DNA of 64,000 nt from Callorhinchus milii (GCF_018977255.1 NW_024704743.1:56422001-56486000); one strand, 5' to 3'. Numbered from the stretch's first letter, positions 36,341 through 51,440 are shown. The notes: a model not told the origin generated them from the sequence alone. A program made the numbers and translations.

Positions 36341-39218
36341 GTAAGTACAGTATGACTCATCTGTTGCCTTTTACGGTTTTCTTTCACATTTGAGGAATAC
36401 TATGCCTTATGGCCATGTCAGGCCACCTTCTTACCCTGACTGTGACATCAGCAAAGCAGAGACTCAGGCTTCATGTTATGAATGAGGCTGTTGTGGCTGC
36501 AGGCAGCTTCTAGGAAATACCAACTGGATCAAGGTGTTAGACACAGAGGGATCTGTCATTCATATGTTTTTTGGACTGGAGACAGATGGGGAAGCAATTG
36601 CACACAGTTTGCATAGCCCAAGCCAACCTTATTACAGTGACATGAATTTGCTATCCACACTACTAAATGGACTGGACAGTGAATCAGTCAGTCTGACACA
36701 CAGATATTAGAGCTTTCTATTGAACAAAAACCCAATGCGTTATTTCACATTGTGTGTCAATGTAAACTATTTGTGCAATTTTTGTGAGGACAGAGTTGCC
36801 AATATTTGATTAAATAATCGCAATTAGAATTTTTCAACTGTCTCACAGTTAAGGGAAGGATATGACTTGCACACAAGCAAAATCTGCTTCTTTCAAGAGA
36901 AATATTTCAGCTACGGTATGGTCAGGATATATTGTAACCACAAGCAACGTTTTTTAAAAAAAGTAAATTTTGCTACAACTTCTTGTTGTGTATTTGGGAT
37001 GGATGGACGGTAAGGAACAAGGATTTCCCCTCTCATTTGTACCCAATAGACAATGTTATTTAATTATTTATCATTTTTGTCCCTTAACAAATTCCATTTT
37101 TATTTCCTCTCTTCCCTGCTTATTGTCAGGATACCATATTTCCCATAATAGGGACTCTATGAAATGAATGGTGGTTCATGATGAGTGGGAACATTTACTG
37201 GAAGGATAGGCCACTATTCACTGTTTACATCTTTTATGCCATTTCACTGTTTAAGAATATGGCTTAAAGCAGGCCTTTTCATCCCTGCCTCACTTTTTAC
37301 CTTGTAATTCTATTTAGGAGACCCTATTTTTTCTTGGGAGGGTAAATTAGATAAATGGGATCTTCTGTCATAGCTGTAGTTACCTCGCCCTGCTTCATTT
37401 CTGAACATGGCTGGTGTTTCATTGCAAGACTTCCCTTTTAAAGATAACCAAAATTGCCAATGAGGTAAGAATGTGCAACTGTCCAAAGGAGATGGGATGC
37501 GTTCTTGTTGTGTTCCTGCTTACAAAAATCTCCTGTTTCCTATGGAATATGCAAAATGATACAGTTTCATTGCAATAACCTTTGTCTGAAGGTTATCATC
37601 ACCACCTTTTGTACTGTGCTCCACTGTGCAGATTTGAACAGTGTATAGCATATTCAATACATAGATCTTAATATAAAAAGTTCAGTGTCAATGATACATC
37701 TCCCGTTGTTTGTACAAATGTACTGATCTTGTCATCATATTTTTTTTGAAACAAAATCATGTCTTGTTAAAACAGACTCCGTTACCATTAAAAGATAAAT
37801 GCTGTTGCATTCAGTGACAGATGTCTGGGAGCTAGTTTGGCAAACTGCGTTGACAATGAACCTGTTAGCATTTCAATACTATTTGCAGCTTTTAGTAGAA
37901 AGCTGCAGTTGACAGTTGCTGAGGGGAAAGGTTTCATTCAGTTCTGTCCTCTTCTCAAGGAGAAAGGGGATGGAGGTATGGGATTACATCTAGAGGGCAA
38001 GACATCTGAGCACTGTCATTGTCAGAATGACTCTACAGGAATGCTACCTTGCAGTAAAGTAAATATATTAAAATGCACATCCAATTTTTTTTGAAAACAA
38101 GTTCTTTATCAGCGTTTTGTTCAACGTTGCAGTTTACTTCAGTATCAAAGTTGTTGATAAGCGTGTTGATAATTGTAACTTCTCATTCTCAGCATTAATC
38201 ATCGCTATGTGTTCATGTAAATATTGCTCAGCATTTTCAACGTGCCATTTATAATGTCAAAAAAATCTAGAACACGATTGCTAGTGGAACAGATAGTAGA
38301 ACAATCTCTGTTCAACTAGATTAGGTGCTTCTGCTGTTGTCAGAGTGCTTAGCTCCCGTGGAACATTATCTTGGGTTAATACTTATCTGAAAAAATTGGA
38401 AAGAATATTTATTTAATTAAGTGGAACATGATTTATAAAGATTTTGCCTTGATGAATTTGCGATCTTTCTTGATGGGATTCCTCAATAAGAAATCCGGAT
38501 TTTTGCAAATGGAGGTTCGTTCTCCGCTCCACTTGAGATCCCATTCCGTCTCTGTGAAGTGCTTCGTGATGTTTTCCTATGGGAAAGGCACAATGTAAGT
38601 GCAAGTTATTGTTGTGGCTCCATGGATTGGAGCTGTATCTTGACGACTCACATGGATCTCCACTCAGATGCAATCTAATTTTAGGTCGGATTTCCTTCTT
38701 GTCTTCCGGAATTTAGGATCCTATTAAGAAATACCACAAATCAGATGTACTTTGGAAATTATAAGAAAAATCAACAATTACTGACCTAAATAATTGAAGC
38801 TTGAACGAGTTACGCAGGTAACCTGAGTGAAAATTAATCATCGATTTGGTGTTTGGTAAAAGATTTTCAAAGTTATTAAATGTGAATATTTTGTAAAGTA
38901 GAACCAGGGGAATTTACATAACCAAAGTACAAGCTGAATTAGGAGTATTTTTGGACTATAAAATATAAGAATTGCCTTTATGCTTTTATGTGTGCAAAGC
39001 TACTGCTAGCCTCTACGTCAGTGTAGATTTAACAAATATGGGCTCCCTGTGGAGAATTCATGTATTGTGTTAAGAGAAGCAATAAAAACGTAATGCTACA
39101 GTATAAATAATCTTTGCATTTGATAATGTTCCAGTTGTCCATGAGTAATGAAGCTTTGTTTCTCAAAGTATGTTGTATCTATATTTTAAGATCATCTATT
39201 TTGAATTTAGAGGCATTA

Positions 39219-39472
39219 CAACAGCAACAACAACAAGATTCCATTTATAGAGCGTCTTTCACGTCGGGAGGACGTCCCAAGGCGCTGTACAGTTGGGTCA
39301 GGACCCGAGCAGGGGGGAAATGGTCAGGGTGAGGGGAAGGGAGGGAGCGAGGAGGGGGAATAGAGTCGAAAGGGGAGCTGAATGCACGGTCAAAGAGAAA
39401 GGTCTTGAGACCGGCCTTGAAGGAGGAAAGGGAGGAGGCGGCGAAGGCACTGGGGAATAGAGTTCCAGAGCC
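39219..39472 (-). mobile_element. Young L2 LINE 3' end
   Basis: Near-identical in reverse complement to 57126-57381; (CAA)n tail. Confidence 0.9.
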
Positions 39473-41689
39473 ATTAACGTGTATAGTGTGAGTAGTATAA
39501 TCTACCCACTCTCTAAGGGGTACTATATGGAAAAATTAAACATGCTTGGTGAGATGAGGTGCAGGAGAGGATCTATTTGAAAAGTGAGGGGAATTCTTTC
39601 CAGTATTTTGACCAACAATACAAAACAATCGCTAAATTAAAAATATAGTCATTGACTTCATGGTTTGTAGGTCATTGCTGTGTCTACTTTGGCTGCTGGT
39701 TTGACACATTTCAATGTGATAAGGCGTTATATCAAATGCAAGGACTATTATTTATGTAATAGTTTTGAATTCTATATTGTTTGGTTCATAAATACTATGT
39801 GTAGGCTTCAGTGGATTTAAATTGGCATTTTTGTTAAAAAAAACAAAATATATGTATCATCTTTAAACAATATGTAAAGGCTGTTTCCAGGTTGCCTTTT
39901 CATCATGCACAGAAAATACAGTAAAATGCCCAAAGATGTAGCAGCGTCGGGGGCTCAAAGCAGAATTCTCAGAACGTTTACAGAAAAGGAATTAAAAAAT
40001 TTTTTATTTCATATGAATTGCCTTTTCCTAGGTAATACTCACTTGCTTAACCACCAGCCCTACATAATCTGTATTTAGAAAATATCAGATAAGAAAATAA
40101 TGACTTTTTATGTGGAACATCATTCAAAAGAAAACAGAAGTAAGTGTATTTTTTTAAAAAATAATACACGGAGTTACAGCCATTGTGGACCTACAAAAAG
40201 GGTTAGTGTTTCCCTCTAGAGAACATTGATCAGGCAACTGCAGGCACTGGCATTGATAATTGGATGCCATTTAACTCTGCAGTTGTCCTTTCTTTTTTTC
40301 TTTCCACGCTGTGAATTAAACTTTTACTTGTATTCGGGCCATCTTTCAAAACCCAAACTGAAATAGCAGTTCCTTTATGCTGCAGTTGTCAGTCTGTGTA
40401 GATATTGGCACTCAGGCCTCAGTACAGAGCCGTCTGATTGTCCTTCACTAGCTGTATTGGATCATATACTTTGTTGACAGTCTTTCAGTGTAATGCTGTG
40501 CTTTTTTGGCTGCCTCTTCATCCTGGATTCCTTCCATTCATTTGTCCTTTCTGAATGTACCAACTGCAGCTGGCTATCATCGGGACTTTTGTTGAGTTGT
40601 GGTGCTGTGTTGCAGCTGACAGACATGGTATTGCATCAGAAGGTTAGCAGCTAATCAATAAGCCAAACCCTCCTCCAGTGTTAAAAACCGACGGATTGAT
40701 CGCAGATTAAACGCCTGCATTTTACTCCCTGGATCCCTTAAGCTTCGTCATTGTGATTCCGGCAGCTTTTCTCTCCCGTTTCATTTAAAGCGACATGCCC
40801 CCCTAAGGCCAGACCAGTTGCACTTGGGAAGTCTGCTTTTAAAAGAGATGAGGTCATATCAAAATCATCATTCCCACACACCCCCCTCCCCCACTGTGCC
40901 ACTTTGTAACCTTGTCACTAATTTCAGCAAGGTTCAATTTCAATTAAGTAAATAATTAATAAGCAACTTTTTTCACTGAATGAACAGGGCTAAACACACT
41001 GAACCATTTTGTACCTAGATTTGCTTTTCAGACCTTTTTCTAATAACCATGTCTGCCACCATTACACCCCAGACAGCACTGAAGGGGTTTTACAGCCATT
41101 GACATTGCGTTTGAATCGTTCATCTATTACATAATCTATTAGCATACTGATCCCCTGCTGGTTTTCGGGTAACTAACTTAAAGTTCAGCCATCCCTCTCC
41201 CACCCCTGCCCCCATGAATTAGGACATGTGTAATTTGCACACTTGCACACTTATATAGCACCTACCACCACAGAATGAAGTCACACACAGTTGACTGTGT
41301 AAACACAGATTGGCTGTATTCTAGTTTATGTTACTCTGTAATAATCAGACCAGTACAAAGACTGACGTTTCCCTTTGAGGAAGGTAATCTGGTCACTTTA
41401 TGTTCTAATCCTATCCAAAAGTGCTACGATTCTGAATTGTGCTGAATTATCATTTCAATTTGTTGTTTGCTGTTGTTGTATTACTATATTCAGTAATAAA
41501 TACTGAGAAAAGCTCCCAGTGAATGGTTCCAGTGCTCCAAACTCAAAATTGTTCTTTACTACACCATGACATTTCCTGGAGGGACTCATCCTGTTTACCT
41601 AATGTCATAGAATATTAGGCATGAGCTTGCAAGAGCCAAAGCTTGGAGGTTGGTTTTGGTACCGCTGGTGTTTCACCAGCTAAAACCGT

Positions 41690-41875
41690 ATAACTTGCCA
41701 TTGAAAGGACTGACTTGCAAGCTTTCCCTCTGCTTGCCCAGCTCGGACCACCCTGTCAGTTAGGGCTTTTTCTTACAGAGTTAACAGAAGTGAGTCATAA
41801 GATTCTCTGCCCCAAGTGACTGGTCTGCCCTTCCACGTCCTCCCGATGAGCAAGGCTGGCTGGGCTGTTATCAGC
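41690..41875 (-). repeat. Second copy of the unclassified repeat at 4190-4345
   Basis: Direct visual alignment with the first copy. Confidence 0.65.
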
Positions 41876-42006
41876 AGTGCCTTGGAGTCCTGTGGACCCA
41901 CCTGGCTCAGGAACTGAACCACCGAGACCGCCACAGAGGACTAACTTGATTTCGACATTCCATTGCCAAACTATGTCACTTTGGGGGCAGTTGAACTCCA
42001 AGGAGA

Positions 42007-42078
42007 CAACAACAACAACAACAAGAAGATTCCATTTATTGAGCGCCTTTCACGTCGGGAGGACGTCCCAAGGCGCTG
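42007..42078 (-). mobile_element. Very short L2 insertion consisting of the tail only
   Basis: (CAA)n plus the complete stem-loop agcgcctttcacgtcgggaggacgtcccaaggcgct, then truncation. Confidence 0.85.
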
Positions 42079-43879
42079 AGACCCCGTTTACAAGAGGATA
42101 GTATTCATCCCTTCAGTCAATCAAAGACACTGGATGTAATGGAAGAATGAGTACTCTGGGACTGGTTTTCAATGAATTTTGTTTAATTCTAGGTTACTGA
42201 AATGCCTCTATACCTTCAGAAAAGTCATCGTTCGATAGCGCACCATAGATATGCCTCCATATTAATAAAAACACATTTGGCAGCTGTTATATATTGGCAG
42301 TAATTCACCAAGTGTGTGGTTTCAGCTTTATGGGCTATTAAACAGCTTTACTTGATAGACTGGTGCTAATAAGGTGTTTACTGTCACTCATTTAAACTTT
42401 CTCACTGTAATTCCATTGAATTTATTGTGTTGGCAGCAATTTAAGTTTTATTGGCATTTTGTTCAAGGCCATCTGCAGCTGACTTTCTGTCCACGAGATT
42501 GAGGAATATCCTGTTCTTTGTGCTAAAACTGAAAAATAAAGGTGCGCTGCTCGCAGCCGTTTAGTATAGATTTTTCTATTGTTGCATAGTACAATAGTAA
42601 GATTTTGTCCACTTGTGCAATAGGTCGAAAGTGTGTTGAAGCTAATTTTTCTCTCTCTTTCTCCCTTTTTCCTAAACCACCTAGATTAAACAAATGTTAG
42701 GGGAGTAAAGTGATCATAACACTGTATGATGCAAGGTAGCTCACTGCTACCCCAGGACACTACCCCGCATGAAAGGCGCAAGTTGTTGTTGTTGCTAGGT
42801 GGCAGGGGACTTGATATAAAATTACAATGCTATAATGATTTTGAAGGAAAACAGTAACAGTATCATCACAAACTTGCATTGAAATGCCTTCCTGACATGA
42901 AAGGCACTAGACCAAATGTTATCATTATAATACCCACAACACATCAATAGCACAGCAAACCCCTACCTCACAATTGTGAATTTTTCTGTTCACATATTGC
43001 TGTGTGTCAGAGTGTGTTTGCCTGTTTAGTGCATGTTTTGTGCTGTAGGCACACAACAATACAACACTAAATTGCATTCATATTGTGCTTTTCAAGTCGA
43101 CACACTGAAAGTTAGGCTGAATCTGGCCACTCTCATTTCACAAAGGAACCATATGGCCAATGAGAGGGAGTCTTTCTTGACAGAATATAACCTGGCAAAC
43201 GGTTTCTAAATTGCCCTGATAATGGAACGTAACATTTTTCAAAATGTTCTTGCACTTCAGCTTATTTTGTGACCTGTACTTGCCAGCGATAAATGTATGA
43301 TCATCTCCACACAGAGAAGAGTGCACTTCAAAGGCTTCAGGGGCACTGCATTAACATCCCTTTCATATAAAGCGTGCCTGTTACCAACATTAGAATCCTG
43401 AAAACAACCTCAGTAAAACACCGGATTCTGCCGAATTAAACTTTTCATCACTAGTAAATAATTTGTGAATTCACACAGTCCTCTGCACTGGGTTTGGAGA
43501 CTTCTGTGTTGCGCTACATGTTGATGTTGAGGATGGAGTGCACATAAAGTGAATTGCCTTGAAAGTTCAGACTCAAGGAAAACTTAAAATAATTGAAAAT
43601 CCGAAAATTGTCTCAGCGGTTCAGAATTTCGACTTTTTTATTAAAAAAGGACGTGGATCACTATCTCAATCATTAATCTCCTGGTGTAACATTTTGGAAC
43701 TGAGCCAGGTTTTTACCTGTACTGTTGACTTAGGCTCATTAGAGAATTGAATGGAAAATTAAATCAGCTTTGATTCCCTGCAGGAACAGGGGAGTCCTAC
43801 ACTTGTGTGTTGTGTTGCATTAGTGCCCATTTGACTTTGACCTACAGCTTTTTGCTATGTACAAGGTAGATTATTTATC

Positions 43880-44285
43880 AGTCTGGCTCAGTTTGTCGCA
43901 CTCTCGCCTTTGAGTCAAAAGGTTGTGGGTTCAAGCCCCACGTCAGGACTTTGAACTCACATAGTCTAGGCTGACACTCCAATCTAGTGCTGGGCGTGTG
44001 TTACATTATTGGAAGTGCCGTCCTTCGGATGAGATGTTAAACTGAGGTCCCGTCTGCCTGACAGGTGGACAGTAAGGAATCCATGGCACTATTCATAAAG
44101 GGAAGGCAGTTTCTCCTGGTGTCCTGGCCAACAATCCCCCAAATAGAATTGATCATTCTCTTCCTTACTGGGATAATGCTATGTGCCAATGGGCTGCTGT
44201 GTTGTTCGCCTACAAAATACACAGTCCCTCCACCTTATAGCATATCCTTTGAAGCATTTTGAGACATCCTCCTGTCAGCATTATT
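43880..44285 (+). mobile_element. Deu-domain SINE, well preserved
   Basis: tggctcagt A-box, GGTTCAAGCCC B-box, core gtgccgtccttcggatgagatgttaaactgaggtcccgtctgcc. Confidence 0.82.
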
Positions 44286-46239
44286 AAATTGAAGTGAATG
44301 AGAATGGAGCTGCTTGCAATGGTCTTCTGATGTTGAACTTGTAACTGAGGGAGCGCACTGGGAAAACACGTATGATGTCCCAGCCTTCAAATTCATTTCA
44401 GTTGTGTTTTAATTGCATTTAAGTGATGCTGACATACTGCCACAGATATAATTCATTGCCATTTCAGTCATTGTAAACAAGCAAGACGGTTTAATGGTTC
44501 CATAAAAGACTGCTGATCTGATAGCTTAGATTAAGCCCCTTGGTAATGGGTTTGGGGGAGTACTTAGCTGGGGTAAATGTACTGGAAGAGAGCTATTGAG
44601 AGGCTATGGTGTATCTCAAGTACTTACTGCTGTACTGATCCGGAAAAATGGATTTAAAGAGGAAGTGATATGTTTTCTTTATCAAAGGGCGGGTCTGGCC
44701 TTTGCTTCTGGAATTTACTGGGGATTAAGCACTTATTAAGGTCTAAATGTCTGACATGCCTTTGACTGTCAGATGGAAAAATCAGCTTCGGCCTATTATT
44801 GTGGAGCAACATTATCCATAGGTTTGTAGAGTATCTCGTATTGTGTTTATTATGCCAAGCCTACTGACATCAGTACCTACTCTCCAATCTTGTGAGATTC
44901 ACGGTGAAGAATCCACAGCTTACATTAGCGTACATCATAAAAAAGGGAGTTTGTCCTGGTGTCCTGCCCAACAATCCCCAGACATTACTGTGTGCAAATC
45001 GGCTGGAGTGTACACCTACAAAATACACAGTCACTGCACGTTACTGTAAATCTTCTGAAGCACTTTGAGTCGACCTCTTGACATGAATGGAACTATATCA
45101 AAAGCAAGGAGTATTACTATTATAAAATTGCACCTGCAAATTGAGGCTTTGGGAGATGGGATTAACAGTTCTGGCGTGGCTCTTTGCCAAAACATGTCTC
45201 ATGGCGGTGATTGACCTGCTGTGGATTTCCAGCATTGGTTTAAGCTTATTTCAGATTTCAAACATCTGCAGTTCTTTTCCTCTTTTTATTGGATCCATTT
45301 ATCCTGCATTTGCCCCAGCTAAATACTCCCCCAAAGTACAAATCCTGCCTACAGATTCTGGATTGGAAAAGCACTTTCTGAAACAGTAGCAGGCAAGTTT
45401 TTAGCCACTTTGCCCCATCCCTCTGGAACTCTTGAAATCCCTCCACTTTACCCCTTCCCTCCAATCCCTCCTAGATCTATCTTTGCACTATTGCCTCTCA
45501 CACCCCAACTCCCTCGCCCCACAAGCTCCCTCCCAGCTCAAGCTCCCACTCAGTTTTTGAAAAACACTTTTTTTGAGACGTTCTCCCAACATAAAAGGCA
45601 CAATGTAAGTGCAAATTGTTGCTTTTGTTGTCATTTCATAATTAATAAGCTCATAATGTACATCTGGTGGGAACGACGATTTATCACTATGGAGAGATTT
45701 ACAGTGAACTCTTTGCTGATTTCTTTTAAAAATATATTTCTCGCACACAACCTTGTAAATGGAACATAAAGGTAAGGGCCTATTCTTAAGCCATCTTTGA
45801 TTTTCAAGTGTTAACTTGTGTTTGAACAGGTGCAATAGTTGCTTTGCATTGGACCAAACATTGTAAAGTGTGGGGGTGTGTGGTGGGGGTTCGAGTAAAA
45901 ACACACTTTGGATATAAACAAGGAGTGCAATCTGGTCATTTTAGCCAGTGGGTGGCTGCCTAGAAGAAAAGTGATGAATTTACATGTGAGTAAGCATAAA
46001 GCTATATTCTGCTGTCATATGACAATTACATTGCTTTATATTTGATATTCCATTAAAGCGCCTGCACGACTCAATTGAAGCCACTGCCTACTGTAAAACT
46101 GAGCTCAATAGACCGAGAGCTCAATAGACCTAGAATATTGTAGATTTGATCTCCAGCTGTACTGATGTAGCTGATCCTAACTACTGTAGCAGGGGACAAC
46201 CCAGTGATCTACAAGCAGAGATTAGAGTAACTGGGACTA

Positions 46240-46565
46240 TTTTCAGTGAAACACTGAAGGCTGAAGGGACACCTGATAGAGGTCTTTAAAATTATACGGG
46301 ATTTTGATAGAGTCAATGGGGAGAAATTATTTCCACTTGTCAGTGAGTCAGTGACTAGGAGGCTATCAATTTAACTATCAATTTAAGATTGTTAGCAAGG
46401 AAGCCAAGAGGGAGTTGATGAGGAATTTGTTTACACACAGAGTTGTTGGAATGTGGAAGGCGGAGTGCAATGGGAAGCAGACTCCTGGGGAGAGACAGGT
46501 AAATGGAGTGAATAAGCCAGAAGAAACACAATTGGCCAAACGGCCTTCTTCTGTAATGTAAATTT
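46240..46565 (+). mobile_element. CR1-like LINE 3' fragment
   Basis: aggctgaagggacacctgatagaggtctttaaaattat translates to RLKGHLIEVFKI. 3' end ggccaaacggccttcttctgt. Confidence 0.7.
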
Positions 46566-49500
46566 CAAGGGTTAATAATAATCATAATAATCCTTGCATT
46601 AATATCCTTCAGAGGACGCCTGAAAGAGCTTCACTGGCTATAATGTAAAGTGTAGTGACTGTGTTTTAGGCAACCTCTTGTTCTATGGGAGGTGAGGGCA
46701 GAACAAATGACCTCAGGCCTGTGGGCGAGGGATTCCTGCTCCTGATTGCTGACTGTAGCTGGGAATTGCTCAAGTATGGACAGCAGGTGAGGACAGGATA
46801 GTGCTGTGGTTGGTAACATTCACCGTCCGGCCTCACACATGAAAAACTGCAGCTAGGGTGAGATACTGGAGGGTGTCCGTCACTCTTGGAACCGTAGTCC
46901 AGGATTGAGGAGCAGAACTTAACTAATGTGTCTGTCATGGCCTTAAATCATCACAAGTCCTAAAATCATTTGCATTTTAAAGATTACATATATGCCATCA
47001 CTCTTTCTAAAGTGGCCCTTTAATGACCTTGTGTTGGATTCCCCTGCAGTGAATGACATTCCAATGCCTGACCCTGAATGGGCGAGTCTCCAATAACAAA
47101 CTGGTTTGTTTCGTTTTCTTTTGTTTCAAACATCAGGTCTGTGGGCAATTACAGTTTTGTTTTCTTCAAAGGGGATGAAATAAAATGACTGAATGAAGCC
47201 ACCAGAGTTACTGGTGAATGAGCTGTGCAGAACGAATTTATGAATGAAACTGTGTCCAGATCTTGGAAACAGCTCTGCTATTTTTTTTGATGTTCTATCT
47301 CTTTTGAGTTTTGATGTGACTGTTGCAAATTACCAGAAAATAATCCTTCTATTTTTATCAGGATGTAATATTGCTTTCTTGATTATGAAGGAAATGATTG
47401 TATACTTCACTGAATCAATAAATACATCACATGCACTTAGTGGTATTGTATCTGCAAACCTGATGCAGTGTAAGAAGATCCTTAGCAGACTCCTGATCTA
47501 AGCACATTTTTACTTGTTTCTTCTCAACATCATCTGCACAACTGAACTAACTGAATACAGTCATGGTTCTAGCCAACACATTTTACCTTATTGGGTATAG
47601 TCGACAAACATATATTCTAACACCCTTTAGTTATTTAATTTTTTTTGTTAATCTCCTTTCATAACTCAGTCAATAAAGATAATGCCGAGCCAAGGAGACG
47701 GGCAGGGTCCCAGGTTAGATTTCCCAGTTTTTGTAGTTTGTTGAACTTATTTGGCGAAGCAGTAGAGCAGCTGCACCCGACCTCATTGTCACTCAATTTA
47801 CCTCATAGAGAAAGGAGTTTTTCCTGTTGTCCTGACCAACAATCTCACAGATAAAATAAGTAATTCACTTTCTGGGACATTCCTGTGCTCACACTGACTG
47901 CTGAGTTTACCTAAAAATACAGCCGCTACACTTAACATAAATCCTGTGAAGTGCTTTGAATGCTCATGATAAAGTACTATATCAAATGCAAAGTGCATTA
48001 TTATTTTATTGGCCCTGGGCAAGGAAGGGTATGCCAGCAGTTAATTACTAATGCAATGATCACAGTGAATGTAGTAGACCAGCAATGCACTGGTCTACCT
48101 CTCCCAAGTGTTACTGATGGACAAGGCTAGCTGGGTTGTCATCACCCTGGAGTGCTGCAGATCTGCCTGTTTCAGAAACTGGGCTACAGAGATTGACTCA
48201 GTTCCAGTAATCTGTTGCCAAGCATGTCACCTTGGAATTAATTCAGATCCAAGGAGACCCTGCTTATTCTCCCCCCAAGAGGAGGGGAGAATAAAACCAC
48301 AAATAAGACACACACATAAAGTACCTCAGTGAGGTATTTCAGGTTGCTGATGCCAATGGAACAAGCGCTCTGAGATGCTATCCTGCGTGGAGAGTTATAT
48401 ATAACTGCAAGTTGTTGTTGTTGGAACAATGTCCTGACAAGAGTCAGTTCCTTCTAGAGGAGAGGGAAGAAAAAATACAATTCTTAATCAATTTTGAATA
48501 CCGTTAATTTATAGATTTCCATTGGTAAACATTCCTCTTTAAATTGAGTGTTCTAGGAGCTTTGAAAATTCTCTGACATTATTTGCTCAATAACCGTTGC
48601 TGAAAGATTTGGTAGAAGAGTATGTCTCTGGTCAATGCCAGGAACTTATTGGGAAACTTGGAGCTGCATCTGACCACTTCATCAAACAGCGAGAGCACTG
48701 AATTAGAGTACTGCCAAGCAACTCAAGTAGATGGACCAGCAATAGACATCAAATGGTATTTGAGGAAAAACAATATTAGAGTGTGGGGAAACAGCAAAAG
48801 AATGGAATTAAAGTCACTCGCTCCAATGGGAGCTTGCGCCAGAATAGAAACAATGGGCAGAAGGGCAGCTTCTGTACTGTAAAATTCCTATGATTCTGTA
48901 AGTTATTTAGAAAGCATTGTTGGTTTGCATTACTGATCAAATGATTAGTTACACAAACCGTTATGCTCTCTGAATAAATAATTAAATGATTAGAAGTCTG
49001 GCTTCTGATTGCAGAGCCTCTAATCCAAGTACAATGGCTCCAAATAAATAATGATTTTCTTTTCCTCTGGCCTTTCCTACATTACCGACTAAAGTATTTT
49101 GTTTCTATTCTCCTTTCAATTTGACAACGTAAGCATGAAATTACAATGAAATTACAATGAAATTACAAAAGGTTATTTGGCCCATCAAGCTGCTCTTTTA
49201 CAGACCACGCAAAAAAACACCCCAGCATAGACTCCACCCCACCCACTGTGTCACTAGTGCAAAAGCTCTGCACACAAACTGCCTGAACCCAAAGTCAAAC
49301 AAGCAAAAACTCCACAACCCACATCACTATTTGAACTGGCTTCCTTCCCATTATAGATAACATTCAGCCCATGTTTCTTCCTAAACTATCTCTGACATTA
49401 TTTGTGGTTTGCCGCTGGCTCTTAACTCAGTTGGTAAATCCTGAAACTGAGCCAGCTCCTGTTGCTCCAGTCTCCTTGAAGTCCTTCCTCTCGGCTCCCA

Positions 49501-51179
49501 TCCCCAGCTCAGGTGCCCATATATCATTGTGTCGAGCGCCTTTGGACGACCTCCCAGCATGAAAGGCACTATACAAAAGTAATTTGAAGTTGTTGTTGCT
49601 AGCGCTGTGAGACCAACTCCTGATGTGACAAGCACCATATAAATGTAAATTATAATGCATCACTTTCAAATAGAAAGTTTAAATTTTTTTGAAAAAGATA
49701 TGCTGTATATTAAATTCATTATAGCTTTGTCTTTTTTTCCAAATGAACATTTAATCCTTTATCCAGAGCATTCCTTTCATTTTATTTCTGTGGCATACAC
49801 TCTGCTTGTGTATAATTACAGGGAGTGGATTCCCCAGCTCAGACCATTGGAAATGCCTGTACACGTCTCCTTTAGTGCCGTGTATATGTACTGTGTGTGT
49901 CAGCCCAGGAGAGCGGGTGGGACACACATATTTGTTGTAGACGCTGGTGTATCTTGGCAGGAAAATACTAAGCCTTTCCACTAGCAACTGGAGAGCTTGT
50001 TTGTGAGTAGCCCGGGTCTGCCTGTGTGTTCCTTCCTTCTGTTTGAATAATGCATCCTGGAATATCGTAACTGCATCATCTTCCACCAACAACACCACAA
50101 GGATGAGGCAATTGAGTCTCAGTGTTAAATTTACCGCAGATTACAAGGCCATGCCAAATGTTTCATTTATAGAATGTGACACCACCGCTCGTCCATTCAA
50201 GATTGTCTTTTTGTACTGTTTTCTTTTATGAACAGGGAAGGGAGGGAACAAAATGAATACAGCACTCAATTGCAGGATTTAAAGCCAGGTTACTTGTGAC
50301 AAGTTCGCTCCACAAAAGAAAAGAACAACTTTCAGAAAGGAAATTAAGATGATTTTAACAAAATATGATACCTTGGCATATTCTGAAACAGATGTGAGAA
50401 ATGTTCTTCAGTTTTCTACATTACAAGAATTGTTGAATAAACCAAAAGTGTAGTCAAATCAGAGATATTACTTTGCACAATTAGCTGCCGAGTTGGCCTA
50501 CAAAATACAGTCAACACAATTTATGGTAAATCCTGTGAAGCTCTTTGTGACGTCCACCCGATCTGAAAGCACTAAACTGCAGAGGTTATTACTATAATTT
50601 CCTTCCAGAGAATTGTAGCACCAATTTAGCACCAAAATTAGAAAGCTGACTTGATAACTGCTTTATTCAGATACTGAATATTTTGATAAGTAAAGTAAAG
50701 ACCTATTTAGCAGCAGTCAAAAGATTAATGGAGACATATTGCATGCATATGATGTTTTGCACTTAAACAATTATGTTGACTCATTTACTATTAATGCATA
50801 GAGTGAGCTGGTTTGTTTTTCATAACTGGTGCTAAAATGGGCTGATCAGCATATCTATTAAATCTATCTGAGTTCATTAGTCAGTCCATTAAATACATGG
50901 ATGCCACAATGCCTTCTTTACTAGATAAACCCACTGAAAATCTAGTTCACCACATGAAGCCAGTGCAGGCATTAGTAATTGACAAACTGGCGAGTGGCCA
51001 GAGTAATGTAGCGGGCGCCTGTATATCATAGTACAGTAGAGTCCGATAACTGCACAAATTGGGACTAACCTATTACAGATTTGAAAACAGCGGGGATGTC
51101 TGATCTCTGTGTTTGTGAAATACCCCTCTCTTTTTCTTTCTCCACCTACTAACTATCTTTGTGTCTTTGAGTGCGCGAG

Positions 51180-51440
51180 TGATTGTGTGCGCGTGTGTGT
51201 CTGCCTTCCCTCTCTGTCGCTCTTAACTGTTTGTGTCTTGGTGTGTGTGCTCCCCCTCTCTTTCTTTCTGACTATCTGTGTCTAGGTGTGTGTGTGTGTA
51301 TGTATGTATGTATGCATGTGCTTGCCTCCCTCTCTGTCTCTCTAACTATCTGTGTCTTTGTGTATATGTGTGTGTGTGTTCCACTCTCTCTCTGCCTGAC
51401 TAACTATCTGTGTGTTTTCCTCTCTCTCTCTCTCTCTGCT
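51180..51440. repeat. Degenerate TG/CT minisatellite with recurring ctaactatctgtgt units
   Basis: Directly visible. Confidence 0.8.

Noticed and set aside
37374..37464. Possible cryptic exon with a strong GAG|gtaaga donor
   Set aside because: No recognisable ETV1 peptide, and the ATG-initiated frame hits a stop. Unsupported without RNA data.
49135..49167. ATGAAATTACA x3; also short duplications at 46101-46130 and 46363-46386
   Set aside because: Ordinary slippage-type micro-duplications with no sign of function.
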